A stretch of 58,802 nt of DNA from an uncultured Clostridia bacterium. Lineage in GTDB: Bacteria > Bacillota > Clostridia > TANB77 > CAG-465. Positions 57,830 through 58,802 of the stretch are shown piece after piece. The stretch is from the NCBI GenBank assembly GCA_944383035.1, contig CALWOE010000001.1:1-58802 (forward strand). The letters run 5' to 3'. The notes beneath the pieces are model-generated. The model saw only the letters and a list, made by a program, of their open reading frames with translations, was not told where the DNA came from and did not search any database. How positions within the stretch are numbered: position 1 is the stretch's first letter; each line of letters begins with the position of its first letter. A program made the translations under genes and the position numbers.

Positions 57830-58725
57830 TATTTTACCTCATCATTAAATATTTTCTCTATATCATTTATATTAAACCTATATACCTTATTACAAAAATG
57901 ACAAGTAAGTTCTAATATTCCATCATTATCATTTGCTGCTTTTATTGCTTCATCTTTTCCAAGTGCTATTATCACATTTTCTATTCTTTTTTCATTACAA
58001 TCACATACATAATTTATATTTTTAGTTTCTGTTAAAACTATATCATTATCTCCTGTTATTGTTTTTGCTACATCATCTATATTTGAAAGATCTAACATTA
58101 AATTTGTAACACTTGAAATATTGTTATTTATTGTTTCTAAAATATCAATTATACTTTCATCACAATCAGGAAGTGGTTGAATTATATATCCTGCTGCCAT
58201 TTGAACCTTTTGATCTTTTCCTATATTTACCCCTAAAGATACAACTGATGGAGTTTGTTCTGATGTATAAAAGTAATATGCAAAATCTTCTGCTATTTCT
58301 GATGTTATTAAATTACATTTGCCAACATATGGTTCTTTAAGTCCAATATCTTTTATAACAGTAAGTATTCCTTTACCTACTGCTTTTGCAACATCCAATT
58401 TATTATTTTCATTTAATGGTAAATTCACATCATTATTTAAAGCATATGCTTTTATATTTAAATCTTTATTACCACATGCTACCATTTTCTGTATTTTACC
58501 ATCACCACTTATTTGTACTGTAAGTCTATCATCTTTTTCTTTTAAATCACTTGACATCATAATTGTAACAATAATTAGTCTCCCAAGTGCTGCAGTTACA
58601 ACATTTGATAAAAGATGCATATCTCTTGCTTTTTGTACCATATTGGTTGCATTTACAACTGTTACTTTTACACTTTTGTTATATGCTAAATATTTTTTTA
58701 AAATATCATTATTTTCTATCTTCAT
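57829..58725 (-). CDS. hslO: Redox-regulated chaperone Hsp33
   Basis: C-terminal zinc centre CDC...CHFC. The N-terminus aligns to Hsp33 from MKIENNDILKKYLAYNKSVKV, so the start is moved to ATG 58725. Its stop overlaps the rluD start (TAATG). Confidence 0.88.
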   Translation of the reverse strand: MKIENNDILKKYLAYNKSVKVTVVNATNMVQKARDMHLLSNVVTAALGRLIIVTIMMSSDLKEKDDRLTVQISGDGKIQKMVACGNKDLNIKAYALNNDVNLPLNENNKLDVAKAVGKGILTVIKDIGLKEPYVGKCNLITSEIAEDFAYYFYTSEQTPSVVSLGVNIGKDQKVQMAAGYIIQPLPDCDESIIDILETINNNISSVTNLMLDLSNIDDVAKTITGDNDIVLTETKNINYVCDCNEKRIENVIIALGKDEAIKAANDNDGILELTCHFCNKVYRFNINDIEKIFNDEVK

Positions 58726-58802
58726 AATATCTCGTATAATCAATTATATAGAAATATTAATCTATTTAATTGATTAATTCCTTTCTTTTAAATTTTTGAT
58801 AT

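Overview
This is a 58.8 kb chromosomal segment from a very AT-rich, endospore-forming Firmicute, Clostridia-like by gene content (gpr, spoIIP, spoVAC/AD/AEb, yunB, a SipL/SpoVID-like LysM protein, CotF-like proteins). About 85% of genes are on the minus strand. Most of the content is housekeeping: rplU-rpmA, pth, dnaG-sigA, holA, trmFO, topA, groES-groEL with a CIRCE operator, proS, scpA, deoD, recX, recA behind a LexA-box promoter, rplM-rpsI, veg, rpsU, rluB, rluD and hslO. There are also two P-type ATPases (Ca2+-type and Cu+-type). Accessory and unusual content: (1) A self-contained promoter-to-terminator unit at 55331-55715 (minus strand) encodes two tandem tRNA-shaped RNAs whose anticodon arm is replaced by a long helix plus a 48-64 nt insert. 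They are not canonical tRNAs, and this is my top candidate for something undescribed. (2) An IS110-family element at about 17978-19616 has a frameshifted recombinase gene and a roughly 215-nt structured upstream RNA with bridge-RNA-like architecture. It sits in the leader of the Ca2+-ATPase operon. (3) An IS200/IS605 tnpA remnant with its left-end hairpins lies upstream of proS, and the proS segment is bracketed by two identical 33-nt hairpin repeats. (4) An orphan membrane-anchored VirD4/TraG-like ATPase has no other conjugation genes nearby. (5) Several uncharacterised proteins have internal or paralogous repeat motifs. (6) A small accessory islet after rpsI carries an SDR, a RhuM-Doc fusion and a CMD-cupin protein. 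(7) There is an orphan plus-strand terminator that may mark an sRNA, and L27 lacks the Firmicute N-terminal propeptide with no prp gene present. No CRISPR array, rRNA or canonical tRNA was seen. All calls come from reading the sequence and the ORF translations; no database search was run.
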